A program made the position numbers and the translations under genes. The notes under the pieces were generated by a model. That model was not told the DNA's origin. It saw only the letters and a program-made list of their open reading frames with translations, and did not search any database. From Phoronis australis (Eukaryota; Animalia; Phoronida), in NCBI GenBank assembly GCA_002633005.1, contig NMRA01000275.1:407682-471681 (forward strand): a stretch of DNA of 64,000 nt, given 5' to 3'. Positions 35,862-50,800 of this stretch are shown one piece after another (positions within the stretch are counted from its first letter, which is position 1; each line of letters begins with the position of its first letter).

Positions 35862-38800
35862 ATGTCTTCTTCGGCTAAAACGAAAAAGTCTCTTGCAGTG
35901 AGGTTAGTGCATAAGCTAAATGCTTTTGTGGGATATTTGATTTGAATTGTCAACTCTCAATTTGTACATGTACGTCTTTTGACGATTTGTACATGTGTGG
36001 TACAGTACTCTGTGCTATGGACACTGACCACCGTCTCTAGTTGGCTCAATAGAGACCGTATATGTGCTATAGGCGCTTCATACGACAGGAGTTTTTCAGA
36101 GAATTATGCCTCACACCGACTAACACATCAAAGTCATCTTGTTATAAATACCTTATGCGCATAGATCGAGGGACACCTTAGTTTCAAGGTGGCTGTTTGA
36201 AGTCATTAATTCCTTCCAACTTGAACAAATACTCCCGTTATCAAACTTTTTCTTTGAGCTGTCCTTCGTTCAGGTCCCAAAATCAGTAACTGCCCATTTT
36301 TAACACTGCCCTTGGCAGGTGGTATGATGTTATATCCCCTACTGGCCCTAGCAAGGCCTAGTGTATACAGTGTAGCTCATTGACTTGAAGCTATTTGGTG
36401 GTTAGTCATTGATAAGCAAATGTCCGTGCGGGTTCTCTGGAGACCTCATGGTTTGAGGGAGTCATTTAAATCGTAGTTTGTGGAGTGTGGCAGGTGTTGT
36501 TGGTACAAGAACAAAACAATATATGATTGAACTGCAGTTGCTGGGCTTATTATTTATTTGTGAAATGCGAACCTGTGACACATCTGAGTCAGTAACTCAC
36601 AATAGAGGTTGTAACTGAAAGAATGTGGATTTGGGGGGGGGGGGNNNNNNNNNNNNNNNNNNNNNNNNNNNNNNNNNNNNNNNNNGGGGGGTGTGTGATC
36701 AGGAATCTTGTTAAAGGGCATCATGCAGATGAGTGAAAATCGTGTGAAGACACTGCGCTGTACAAAAACGGATTTTTAATGACATGTCATGTTCCCAGAA
36801 TATTTCATTGTGCCTCATCACTTCAATGCCTATAGTTATAGACCCTACTAGAATATTCAAGACATGTAACAGCATGGTACTCAACAACCAGTTTAATTTC
36901 AGCAAAAGAGGTCATGGAGCAAATGTATCCCGACGCAGTGTTGTTATTGATCCAACCAATAAGAGCAAAGCGCTCTCGACACGAACTACATTTTCCCGTA
37001 CAGCTTTGTCGTCCAAAAGTGGCCGACATGGAGGCTCTGATAAAGGAGATAGAGTTATCACTGCTCATCGACCACCAGTTACTGTAAGAGTTTTCATATC
37101 AGCTCTGTTTTTCCTTTGTTTGATTAATATGTTTGTCTCTGTTTTTATTAAGGCAAATCGTTATCTTAATGTTGGTGTTTTGTTGTAGTTATATAACTCA
37201 GTTACTAGGGCCTTGGATGTCTCAATGCTGAGGTTGAAAATCTTGACTGGCCCCATTCCTTCTACAACAATTTCAGTAATACCAATCAAGGCACTTTATC
37301 TTGGAGTTAAGCATTGAGTGAAGAGGAATTTCTGTCTAGTTTGCTAATGTTTTTTAATTATGTACTCAAGTTCAAGAATTGGTGTACTTACAGTCATAAG
37401 TTTGAGGGACACCTTGTATGCCAAGAAAGAAAAGTCACCATGTTGAAAGAATAGAGTGCATTGATAAGATCTTGGATGTCAAATATTCGTTTGTGCTTTA
37501 TTGTTATAGGTGATGAATGATCAAGGAATGGATGTGACACCCCAGCCTCTTCTTCATCTTGACCCAAGCGTTGTGAGGTCAAAGAATCCTAGCAACCTGA
37601 TTGGTGTAGGGGAGAGCACTGCTGGAACAGTAAGCAAATCTGGCATCTTAAAAAAATACTTGAATGTTTGAATATTGACTTTGAACATAAGCAGCCTCTA
37701 TGAGAAATGAACCTCGAAATTAACCGTGATTGTGTCTTGTCTGTGGCCAGCACACTCAACGGATTAACTACCCGAGTCGTGGGGTGGTGGCAAAAAACAA
37801 GACAATCGTTGGTCATGTTATAAGCATTAGAATTCACCCAAAATCAATATTTTCTTTGACCAAAACGTGTGTTTCTGGTTGAGATGTTTGATTCTGTGTT
37901 TGTACGAAGAATATAGTTTATTTCACTGTAAAATCTCAACAGATGTTCACTTTGGTTGGCTGTTGATGGTGGAGAAGTGAAATTATTGTATTGTCTCATT
38001 TTTCCACAAAATGTGTGTAGCACTTAACTAATGCTTTTCCGTGTTTAAGTGTGTGCCCAAGCTATGACCAGACAATTATGAAAATTTGTTTGCGTCATGC
38101 AACAACAATATTAGAAGTCCTTGAAAAATAAACTGCCATCTTGGCAATTAATTTATATGAAATTAATGAGATTTCACCATAGTTGCAACTAATTACAGAA
38201 GTGAATAAAAAGCCATTGTAAATAGAATCAATTGTCTTGTTTTATTAACAGGGCTATTTTGAACTTATGAGAGTGTGTGATTAATCACAGCCAAGGTGAC
38301 ATCTATTGCCCCATTGCAAAACCATGCATCATTACTAGGATGCTATTCCTCGAAAGAAAACTTACTACTCCTCACTGATTAAATTCAAATTATAGACCAG
38401 GGGTCCATGTTATTAAAAGTTATAAGTCAGATTGTGGCCAAGGGTGACTGTCGTAATCTCTTGTTATGGTAAACGCGACATTTTGTTTTTACCTGAGTGA
38501 AATGTTGTAACTGACATTCAAACTTTATGAGCTACAATAACAAACTTGCAACTTAAAATTGGAGTTGTGACTGTCTTAGCTATATGACCTTGCAGCATTA
38601 GTAACTTTACGACTCTTCAAAGCACTAGATTATAAAATTGAAAGCCAGAGCAAAATAACCATAGTGTGAAAATTTTTATATTATGTGTAATATATATTTT
38701 CAGCCAACTGACCTTCAATCTGTAGCCTCGTTTTATCAGACAGGAACATTGAATGCGAGCACATTTGGGGGTGGACCATTCACCAGGTATAGTAACTAAT

Positions 38801-41800
38801 CCTGAACTAAGCAAAGCATTTTGCCCGTAATGAGTTTTAAAACTTAATACCTGATGTCTCTTTGTGCCAAAAAGTCGTGCAAGACAATTTTTTCCTAAAC
38901 TTGTTTGTAATAAAGCAATAGTTATCATTGTAGAATAAAAGTACAACTTCCTGTAAATATGTTGTGGATTTAAGTCTTTAGAGTCTGATAGCATTTTGAG
39001 TTTGGTAGGTGTGCGTGCTTTTGTGCTATGCAAGGATTTTACCGTGATAGTAATTTGCCCAATTTTACAGTCCAGACCTGAATGCTAACGTATGCCACAG
39101 GAATAGGCCAAGGTTTAACTTCTGTGTGTTTTTATGTATCTCAGTTACATATAGTTCTGTCATTAATGTAGAATTTTGTTCATTATTCAACATATTGTCT
39201 TGTGTGAATTTTATTATCTTTAATATAGGTTCACGAAAATACATTGAGTCTAAGAATTTCACTGTTAGTATATTTTCAAGGGAATGGTTCAAATAAAGCA
39301 TGCTGTGGCTTAAGTTTCTGAGTGAAGTTGAGTTTGAAGACTATCCCTTTCCTAACAACTGGTCAATTGGCTTTCTATTAGAAATATGCCATTTTCTACC
39401 ATTTCATTCTTTACAAGGAAACCTGAAAATTTTGAGAGTGTGGTTTGCTAGTTTGCTGGTGAACGCTCACTGCATTAACAAATGTGAATGAAGTTGATAG
39501 AACTTAGCCTGTTACTTAATGACATTATTTCAGGTGAACGACACTTGCAAATGTTCATACAGTTTTGGGAATTTGATGTTTTGTGCATATGTTTAATCAA
39601 CTGTGTCACTTGATTGATCATTGTGATACGTTCAAAATGTTTTTAACACCCACATAGTTCTATGCCCAGCTGTTTTGGCATTTCAGTTTTTATCTCAATG
39701 GAAACATTTGAATACTGCTCATCGTATTTGTATGATGTTAGTTCACGAAAATATTAGACTAGAAATAAACTTTTTATCAATTCTGACTAATCCAGCTCCC
39801 CTGGTGGCAACATTGTTTTTATAGCAGCCATAAAACCACCTTATGACAGAAATTATCTTTTTATTCAGACTACTTACCGTATTGTTCTTTAATCAAATTA
39901 AAAATGAAAAACAAAAACGACACAGTAGAGTGCAGCATGAAAATGATGTTTTGATTTTAGGCAAATATTATCCTCAGGTACAATATCATCCTCAGGTACA
40001 ATATCCTCATGTACAATATTATCCTCAGGTACAATATCCTCAGGTACAATATCATCCTCGGGTACAATATCATCCTCGGGTACAATATCATCCTCGGGTA
40101 CAATATCATCCTCGGGTACAATATCATCCTCGGGTACAATATCATCCTCGGGTACAATATCATCCTCGGGTACAATATCATCCTCAGGTACAAAAGTCAA
40201 ACAGAATAGAGCAGAATAACAGAATGCTCGCTTCTCAGTACTTGACACGGGATCTCTCAACTCTAGCCTATATACTCCAATATTCTTATTGAGTGACTTC
40301 TAAGCATGGAGAGTCTGTATGTGCGTGAATAGCCTCACAAATTAAGAGTTTAATATTAAGTTATTGTCATGATCATGTTTTCCACGTTGCCTCTAATATA
40401 GCCAAAAAACTAGGTGTTAGTCGGTACAAGTTGGTTTGTTGGGGCGAGTGATTTTATGTGCCCTGCATGTTCTCAATTGTAATAACCTTAACTGTTCTTT
40501 GCAAACCCTGAAATCACTTCTCATCTGAGTTTGGAACAAGTTGAGTCCAATTTTATTGTGGAAGTGATCAGATCGAAAAATTTTGTTTATTGGACAGAAT
40601 GTGAGTTTAAAGTAGTCTATTTTTATTTAATGAAATTGATTACATTGGGACATGATAATTGAGTTAAAAGTTTTGTCGGCGTGCTTCATTTGAGTGATTG
40701 CAGTAGGAGCTCAACTATAAAAAGTAGGCAGTTTTCAAACCATGTTTCAGTGTCAAAACCAATTTCCTCACAGACATATTTGTTTATTCAAAGCAATGGC
40801 CGCACATTCTTATCCGCTGAATAGAAATTAGTTGCAATAAAATGCCTGCAATTCACTTTAAGTTGATTATGCTTCGGTGGATGAAACGAAAGCGCTGTAA
40901 CACACAACTTTTTAGCTCTCAGTTCTTCTCAAGTCTACAGACAAGACGAGGCCGATTTTGTGGCCTTAGTAAGTTTTTGACTGAAGATGTAGATTTATTA
41001 CATCACTGTCTTAGTGGATTTTCTCAAATGTTTGGATGAACTATTTATTACAGATCCGTCTTCAGCCACTCAATGTCAGAAAAGGACACAGAATCAATTG
41101 CCGAAGAGTTTGGAGATCCGACCCATGGTGCAGAGCTGACCTCTTGGGGAGGTAATGGGATTTAAAACAGTTTTGGTTATTGGTCCATCCTTAATATTTG
41201 TATTAATGATGATGTTTATTTTGTAGTTGAGGCTTCCGGCCCTTATACACAATTATACGATAAATTACAAAAACTTGCATACCTTCATCATCTTTTCTGC
41301 TACCAGGTGCTAACAAATACTTATAGCTAAATTTATATCACACTTCAGCATAACATTTTAGGTAAGTTCACAGTTCATGGTTACAATCTTGAAAGTTGTT
41401 CTTAATTTGTCAAAAGTAGACACTAAATTCAAAAATGATATTTGTCTTCTACAACGTGTAGGTTGTCATAAGAAAGACCAGACTTAGATTGTTTGTGATT
41501 AGAAAGATTCGTTAATTGTAGTAACCACTGCTTTGTGCTTTACTAACATAAGCAACATCTGTTTGTTACATAACAGTTATCTCCAGTTGCTAATACCGAT
41601 GTAGTAGACATGACTACCAATGTAGTATAGATAGGACTACCGTAGTAGTTATGACAACCGATGTAGATATGACTACCAGTGTAGTAGGTATGACTACCAA
41701 ATGTAGTAGACATGACTGCCAATGTAGTAGGGAAAACCTAAACTTTTGTTTTGGCGAATGACTGGCTTCCACATTTCATGAGCAACTCATGCTCAAGAAA

Positions 41801-44800
41801 TTTATGGGGATTAGTGATGCATTAGTGTTAAAATTAATTGGTATTTAGGTAAATACCGCCGCCAACATCGTCAGGAGGGTGAGTCTCAAAACAGGAATTT
41901 CTTGTGATTGCAACATTTAAAAATAAGAAGTTCTGTTATGCCTACTCTTTGCATTTCAAATATTCGGTTGTTCTTTTGTTCGTATTGTTTATTTGCATTC
42001 AAGTAATTTTCATGCACCCACATATTTATATGTGGACGCATTATCTCGTCATCTCCGTCCGTCCGTACGGCGTCTGCTACTCTATCTCCAAAACACCTTG
42101 TCGACATATGTTCATGAAATTTTTCACATGTGTTTCTTCTGTGGATGGGACGACATAAGTGAACTTTTGGACAGATTCGACTACTGGTGTGCCCCCTATT
42201 GGCAATTTTAGTTTTATATGTTTACCTCAGTCTGTATCTTCAAAAGTCCTCAACCGATTTTCATAAATTTTGGTACATAGGCACCTATCAGTGAGATGAT
42301 GCTGTCCTTTCATTTTTGGATGGATTTGACGTAGTTTGTGCCACCTAGTGGCCTTTTTTACTGCTTTTGAATCTGTTTGTTTGTGTCTACCCCTTTATCA
42401 ACCAAACTGCTCAAAGGATGATTGTAAAAATTGGCATTTGTGTTCTTACTATGAAGTGGGCGGCTGCCGATGATTTTCCGACAATTTTGAGTACTGTGGC
42501 AGTTTTTTTTTTTTTGCGCCTGTGGCTGTATCTCCTAAATCGTTTGCAGGATTTTTACTCAATTTAGTAAGTGCATTTATGTGATGTTAACAACAGACGA
42601 CGGTAACTTTCAGACAGATCTGACCACTGGTGTGCCACCTAGTGGCAATTTTTTTATTTACGTTTACCTCTGTGTCTTCAAAGGTCCTCAACGTATTTTC
42701 ATAAACTTTGAACTTCAGACATATGTTTATGAGGCGACGCTATCTCTTTGTTTTCAGATGGATTCGACCTAGTTTGTGCCACCTAGTGGCCATTTTTACT
42801 GCTTTTGAGTCTGTTTTTTGGTGTTCACTCGTCTATCAACCAAACCACTGTTAGGATAATTGTGAAAATTGGCATGTATGTTTTTACTATGAAGTGGACG
42901 GCTGACGATGATCTCCTAAACCGTTTGCAGGATCTTTACTTAATTTGGCAAGTGTATTTATATGATGTTAACAATGGTCGACGACAACTTTTAGACTGAT
43001 CTGACTACTGGTGTGCCCCCCTAGTGGCAATTTTAGTTTTTACGTTTATCTCAGAGTCTGTATCTTCAAAATCCTCAATGGATTTTCATAAAATTTAGTA
43101 TATGGGCATCTATTAGTGAGATGACATTGTCCTCCAGTTTTCTGATGGATTTGACGTCATTTGGGCCACAGAGTGGCCATTTTTACTGTTTTCGAGTCTG
43201 TTTTTTGTGTCCACCTCTTTATCAACCAAATCATTCTAGGGATGGTTTTGAAAACTGGCGTATATGTTATCAGTGTGAAGAGGATGTTTGATGATGGCAA
43301 CTGACTACTGTGGCACCCATAGCTGTATCTCCTAAACCCACTGCAGGATCTTTATTAAATGTAGTAGGTGTGTTTATATGAAGATAACAACAGACGATGA
43401 CAACTTTTAGGCGGATCCAACGGATGTTGTGCCCACAAGTGGCAATTTCATTTTATTCTGTTTTCCTTTGTTTCTCTGAAGTTCCTTGACAGATTTTTAT
43501 TAAATATGGCATGTTCCCTTTTTGTATTGTTTGTACATTTTGCACCATCTAGTGGCCATTTTTATAATGCAAATAAATAACCCTAAAAGCACACCATTTG
43601 CAATATGCATTCGTGGGCGCATTCCAACGCTCTGTGTTGCTCTTGTTTCCAAAGGGAAACATGGAGATGTTTTGTAACTGTGACTTTAGGCTGAATTCAT
43701 TGTGCAGTGAATAATACAGCAAGAAGGTACCCAATCTTTGATAACCTCTTTAATTGAAACTTTTTTGTAATCTTGTTAATCGGGAACTATGTTTGCACTT
43801 TGTTACACTTTTGTCACCCACCTACAGGTGTCGCACTGTAATAGCGGGTGTCAAATTGACACTCAACATGCATTGCCCATGAAAGTGACTATTGCCACTT
43901 TTATCATTTGTTCAACTTGACTGCCATTCTAAGAGGTCATTTGCAATTCTAGAAATCCGCCATCAGCGTGAGGACGTTCCTGAGGAGCTGAGTGAAAGTG
44001 ACTTACTTCAAGTGGTGGATATTAATCTATCTGAGACGGACACTATTTGGATGTTGGACATTCCTGCCACAAAGATCTCATCTGAGACAGATGAGGCACA
44101 GGCAGTGACCGAGAGGAATAATAAGTACAAAGAGGTGATGGAGAATAGATTTCTTATTTTCTCTGACTTGATAGCAATAAATTTTACTTAGAGTAAAGTT
44201 TCCTCGTACTCAAGAAAAACAACTTTCTAAAATTGTCATTATCCCGATATCCAAAAGCTCACTACATTGTTCAAGATGCTTAAATTTTTATCTTGTATTT
44301 GTTGGTGACAATAGTACAATATAAACTGTACAAATAATGAGTTTTATTTTTGTTTTTGTTTAAAGTTTCAATGAAATATTCAAATTTTAATGTTCCGCCA
44401 TATCATGTTGGTAATTGAAGAAAGTTTAGCTTACTCAGACACTTGTTGTTTGGAGAGAAGTGGTTGATTCTCTAAATAACCTGTTGCCTGAGTAAATGGT
44501 GTTTATTTATCAAGCGCATAAATAAATTTTTTGAAAAGAAAGTACTATCTGCAATTTTTACCAAATAGCAAATAAGAAACTTTTTGACTAATTAGTACAA
44601 CAAACACGGAGGTTGTTTGTGTGAAGTTAAATTTTAATTGATGGAGTTTTTCTTTTCAGCTGTGCAAGAGTCGGGCAGGAAATGACATGTACGCAGAGCG
44701 AGGAATGAACACGTACAATGATCCACCCAAACTCAAGCACATACAGACGACAAAGATTGTACATTCCGTATGTAAACTCTTTGAGTCTTGCTTACGCGTT

Positions 44801-47800
44801 TGATTGAAATACTCATTTTGTATGGAAAACAAAGTTAACTAGAATACACTTGAAGAAGATAGAACTCCACCACATAAATGTTCATTTTTTATTTACTGTG
44901 CTTTGTTTAAGTCAATATGTTGGTATCGTGATGTAAATTTTATGTTTTAACTGTTTGTAGCTGAGTCCATGCCACTCCTGGATCTGCATTAGTTATGTTT
45001 GCAGCCTTAGATGTGAGTGCATGCGGGGAATGTAGTATTCATTCCTGACGATTGTAGGCAATGGAAGCGTTAGGAATATTGTTACAATAAATGTAATGGT
45101 CTTTTCTGGTCTTAGTGATGAGACTTATGTTTCATTGTTTTCAGGATGTGGGTGTGACTGCCACCAATTTTGACATGTTTGATTCGTATCAACTGGCCGC
45201 TCAACTCGAGGAACAAGGTGAAGTAGGGGATGGTAGTGGGGGCAGGGCTGGGATTTCTGGTTGGGAGGTACAATACAAGGCCAAAGTAATCACACAAAAT
45301 ACTGTTTCCCCTTCATGATGCTTTATTCAGTTAACAAAATAACTGGTAACAACTATTACGGGGTGCAAAATTACAATTACAGATTTGCTTAGCCACCTTT
45401 CTAAAACTCACCTTCATTCTCAGTCACGAGGGAAAACCACTCTGACATTGAATTGTGATGCATGATGGGGGAATTATGAGTCATTTTATCTGAATGCATT
45501 TGGTATGTGTTATAGGTGGCTGACAGACTCTGGTTCAACTTTGACCTGGTCTGTTTTATTTGCCAAACGCCTTGATTAACCTTGGTGAGATGTAGCAGAC
45601 ATTGGGACATCATCTGCCAATTTTTGTCCGCCTTTTACTTTCGGAGCATTTTCAGGTTCTTTTTCTCAAAAGCAGCTATGAATTTGGTTTGACATTTCAT
45701 AATATCCATCTCTATATTTGATATAATTTGGTTTATAAGGTTCTTTCAATTTGTGTTTAGCTAAATGCGACTGCTCCTTGGCCTGTTTCTTGAAGAGTCT
45801 ATAGCCAAGAGTTGATTTTCTGTCTCTTGTCTTTAGCTTTTGGTCTGTTCCTGAGCATTATACAGATGTCTGTTGTAGACAGATTTTCTAATGTTTAGCT
45901 TAAGCCTGTTATGAAACAACTAGGCTAAGCCATCCGTGGATTTTTAGCCAAATGACATGATGATAGACTCTTCGAGAAACAACCTTCTGGAGTTGAACTC
46001 CACTTGTTTTGTATGAAACTTGTAAACATCCCTAGTAAAAGCCGTTTGCTATGCACCAACTAGGCCACAGATCTTGTTATGTTTATTATTCTACTCACCT
46101 TGTGTTCAGTGTTCAATAGATACTTACAAGGTGGGGCTTATGAAGAGAAGTCTCTTTTTAACAAATGAATAGACTGGGAGCAGAAAGCACTTCATCAGCA
46201 TGCTGGTATGTGTGTGATAAGGGTCCCACACAATTACTTGATTGCAGGCATTTCTATGGGTAGGACATTTGCTGCACATTCTCCACCTACTGAATTTTGA
46301 GTTCCCTTTTATAGCTAATACCTAAGTATTGATCTATTACTGTAGCGAAGAGTCCTTTGTGAGCTTAAATTCTTTACTATTTTTGTTTACAGAAAAGCAG
46401 AAATCTGCTGATGAATCAAAAGGTGAAGAAATTGAGGAGCATGTTTCTGCCACAGGCGAGACCAAAATAGTTCGCTTGACAGAAACCGTTGTGACTAACC
46501 TAAAGAAAGAAGGGCCAACCAAGAGGGTGGGCACGGCTAACACCCAATCGCTGAATGCCACTGGTAAGGTCACAATACTGGGGCTAGTGCAGTCGTAGTT
46601 TATTAATTAGCCTGATTATGTTCCATTTCAGTTGGAAGTATGTGCACCTTAAAGTTATTGGCCAGGACTTTTCTTTTTCAAACAGGATCAAAAATAAAGT
46701 TGTTTCGCTCAGTGGTGACATTGTTATCGTAGTATGCAAATAGGAATCACAGTAGTCAACATCATTTCCAAACAAATGAACTCACTGGTCAATATCAATA
46801 ACTTATTCCACAAAGCAAATACAGCCAATGGGTTTCCTCTGTTTGTTTGAAAACTGCCATATCAAGCCTTTCAGTCGTTTTATCTGCTTATTTGCTGACT
46901 ATGGTGTCTTGGGAGCAATTATTTAAATATGGAATCCATTGCTGGCTTTGTTGAACACGGTTTGTGAACAGTGTTGCAACAGCAATTGGAATGTCTGGGG
47001 AACTTAACTTTTCCTCTGCATTCTATATGTTTTGTTATTGTCCAAATTTTTTATTTTATTATCTATCTAAAGGAACTGTAAATGCTATGTCTGACAATCA
47101 CGCAGAAGTTCCTTACAAGCTTAACATTTTATTCACACGCCATGCAACGTCACTGCTATGTACAATAATGCAAGTACATAGGACCTGAGAATTTTGTAAG
47201 GCAGTTCATCTGCAGTGTCATGGTTGTAAGGTTGGCCTGCATTATTCCTGAATATTTGGTGATCCTTGATAAGTGTTGAACCAGAAATTTTAAATGAGTT
47301 CATTAGTTACTATTGTTTCTCTAAACTAGGTACAGCATCAATTCTATCGACGTACCGTAAGTGAAAATTTCATCCATTGTTGAACTGTTTGTGTCACATG
47401 TACAATGTAAAGCAGCTTTCTATTGATATTGTATTGTAATTCAGTGACTATTTGTCATAGTTAATTTTTTAAGTTAGACTGCTAACCAAGGTCTTAACCC
47501 GTTTTTGCTTACTCGTATTAGAAGTGAATCCTGTGATTAGGATGATCCCAAGCGCCAACCAACTGCCCGTTTTGCCAAAAAAGCATACTAGTTGATTTTG
47601 GACTCTACTTTTTTTAAATTGAGTCTATGGTGACGTATTTATTTTTATTTAGTTATTCACTTTTTCAAAAAAATACACTCGAGGCAAGCAAAAATGGTCC
47701 TTTTGCTCATCACTTTGCACGTCGTGGCCTTTGAAACCTTGCTTGCTCTTGCCTATATGTCTTTGTACAAAACAAAAACTGACTGAAATTGATACGGGCG

Positions 47801-50800
47801 GGCATTTTTTAGTTGGTAAACAGAAGTCTCAAAATGAGTTGCAATAGAGACAAGAACCTACAATGCTTTTTATGGCCGCCTTATTCTCATGTCCAGAAAT
47901 TATCATGTTCAGTTTGAGTATCAGTGAAGTTGAATCTACTATTAATATAACAACCTGTGATCAAAATTTAACAGAATGTGCATACATAACACCTTTTTAA
48001 GCCACTGCCTGTTTGCCTGTGTTGCCTTGTGTTTAATTGTTACCAGTTTTTCAACTCTACTTTGCATTAGTTAGGAGTGAGTTGCTTAAAGACTAGGACT
48101 AAATGAGAGATTTGAGTTTTATGGGGCTGTTGCGAAATGCAAAACCTTTGATAATAAGCTTACAAGACCTTGGATAACGAGCTTGCAAGATCTTGGATGA
48201 TAAACTTGTAAGGCTTTAGACAATAAGCAAAACCTTACGTAATAACCTCGCAAAACCTTAATTGGCACACTGCTGAGTCCCCATTAAGTTGTAAGCAACT
48301 CGTCTCTTCTCCCATTATGCAGTTGTGAGTAGGATTGCACAAAGTCTAGCAGTAAGTCTTAACAAAGCAAGTATCTTGCTTTTCAATGGATGGGATTTGT
48401 GTGTGTCTACTTATGGTAAGACCTCGGACAAAATTCAGGAATACTTTACTTTTGGTAAGGTTTATTCCATGTCTGGTATTATCAAAACAGTGTTATGGTT
48501 TTTATGAAATTTGACACAAAAGTATAAATGGGCCAATATTGATTTTGGAAGGTTCTAGCTACCTTGTCACCCCTTTGCCCATGTGATGATTTTTTGCTTT
48601 GACTGAACGATGTTTGAAGAAGCGTGTCTTAAAGTTGTGTGACGTGAATGGGCTGGCACTATTCCGTTTTTGTATCAGTATGAGCTCCTTAGAAATTTAT
48701 ATAATGTTCATTTTTGTTGTCTATTATTTGCAATATGTATTCATTGGTACATAATGTAAAATGTCTTGCAAAAGTTACAAAATATAATTTGAAGCTTAGT
48801 TGTTGGGGATACACCAGAGGGCGGGTCAGTGCTTTTCATGTTTCTTGTTCACTGTCTTTAAATGAAGAGCTACTGGTTATAGATCTGTCTAGGTGAGGTA
48901 CATGCTGCCATATAAATTCAGGGACTTCAATGTTTCATAGCCATAAGACTTGTTTAATTTTATGGATGTAAATTTCTAGGACATTAATTGATAGTCAACT
49001 GATCATCTCTTTGTTTACCAATTATACAAAATTCATTCTTAAGCAACGTAATTCTATATAATTTGAATGCTTAAATGCGTGTGCAGATGTGTGTGCGTGT
49101 GTGTGTGTGTGTGTTTGTGTGTTTGTGTGTGTGGTATTTTTGTTTTGTTATAAACATGCATATTATATATATTTTCATTAAAAAGATGTACTTGTTATTA
49201 TTTTGAGAAATAATTTATTAAAAATTAAGACAGTCCCTGATTAATATGTTATAGTTCTGTAGTTCATTTTAGATTACAAAATTTTAAATTGTACCAGTCA
49301 GTTTTAATCTACTTTTTCTTTCTGCCAGAGTCGCGTGCCACGCAATCATCGGCTACAGGGACCGACAGCGCTGTGGTAACCAGAGATCTAGAGGCAGAAC
49401 TTATTGTGGACAGGAACGCAGAAATCCTCAAAGTACAATTAATTTTCTTTTCTACTTTTGGCTAATACATCTCTCAAGCTTATTACCAATTATGAAATTG
49501 TGTAACTGTTCTCATATGTTTACACATAATTCCACTCGATTAGTTTAATGTTAATTTTGACTCATCTGTTCATGGAAGTTATTGTAAGGTGCTGTATTGT
49601 CTAATCTATGTCTGGAAACATGCAATAAGCTCTTACAAGATGTGGTAACATCTCTCCAGTTTAGGACATAGTATGGGGGACTGGTGATAGATTATACTTG
49701 ATCATTTTCTCATGAAAGACATAACATCTAATGAATGCTTTACCAAGTTTTGTGCCATAGCTACCATCAGAAAATGGCGTGAAAATTTGTGGCGTTTACA
49801 ACAATGTTAAAAATCCTTGAAAAAATGAAGTGGCGTTGACCAAATTTGATGCATTTTTACTATATCCAAAGGAGATGGTTTGCATAAGTCATGGGAAGAT
49901 AGAATTAAGTAATGTTAACACACAATTGTCCCACTTCTTCATCAAACAAATGATGATATCCACGAATACATGGGTCGAGTACAGAAATCAGTATACTTTA
50001 CCTGTAGTACCTGATATAGCTATATTAAATAAGATTTTCATGAATGTACTTGCCTTCATTTGCATGATTTATGAAATGTTTAACATATCCAGCTCTACAG
50101 TAGCTCCATTAAGTTCACTAGTCGTACATGTACAAGCATGGGTGAAAGCATCAAAATATTCTAATTGAAGTGCTTGGTAAGGAAGTTATAAAGCAAAGTC
50201 AGAATTTTGCATGATGGCAGCTGTAATTTGCATACCTGGTATTTTAAAACGTGCTCATGGTTGTCAAGATTACAACTCAGCTAAAACACTACAAGGGTCC
50301 ATCTGAACATGAAACAGCCTAAAAATCTTAACCTAAGATTTCTAGGTACCTATTTGTGGCTAATGAACTAATCCATCGATATATTTAAGTTGTTATTTTG
50401 ACATATAAATATTGGTTGCTTTAACCCTGTTACAATTTTAGTTGGTAATGACTTTTGTATGGCTGATGCCCTGACGCTGTTGTACCAATTTCTTTTCCAG
50501 TCTGAGAACTTAAAGAACTCTTTGTTCATTATGGAACGTGTGATCAACCTGAACACTTACCAACCAAAACAGGCGTCATATAGAGGGCTTAACATCGTTG
50601 TAGGTAAGACAAAGCATGATGTACCTTGATCCTATAGTGGGCCTCGTATGAATATGTTGTTGTTATTTAAACATCGGGCAAACTAAGCACATTATGTGCC
50701 ATCCTAGAAGACCTTGTGCGAAGTGTTCAGGAGAAGACTACAAGGTCAATCTCAATATTTACAGGTTTAAATTAACGAGGCTTCTTTCTGTTGATTCAAG

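Noticed and set aside
39963-40192. CRISPR-like array
   Set aside because: Contiguous tandem units with no unique spacers, no cas genes, and an animal genome context.
39843-40292. QYHPRV / PEDDIV repeat proteins
   Set aside because: Translations of an 18-bp minisatellite in a DNAI4 intron.
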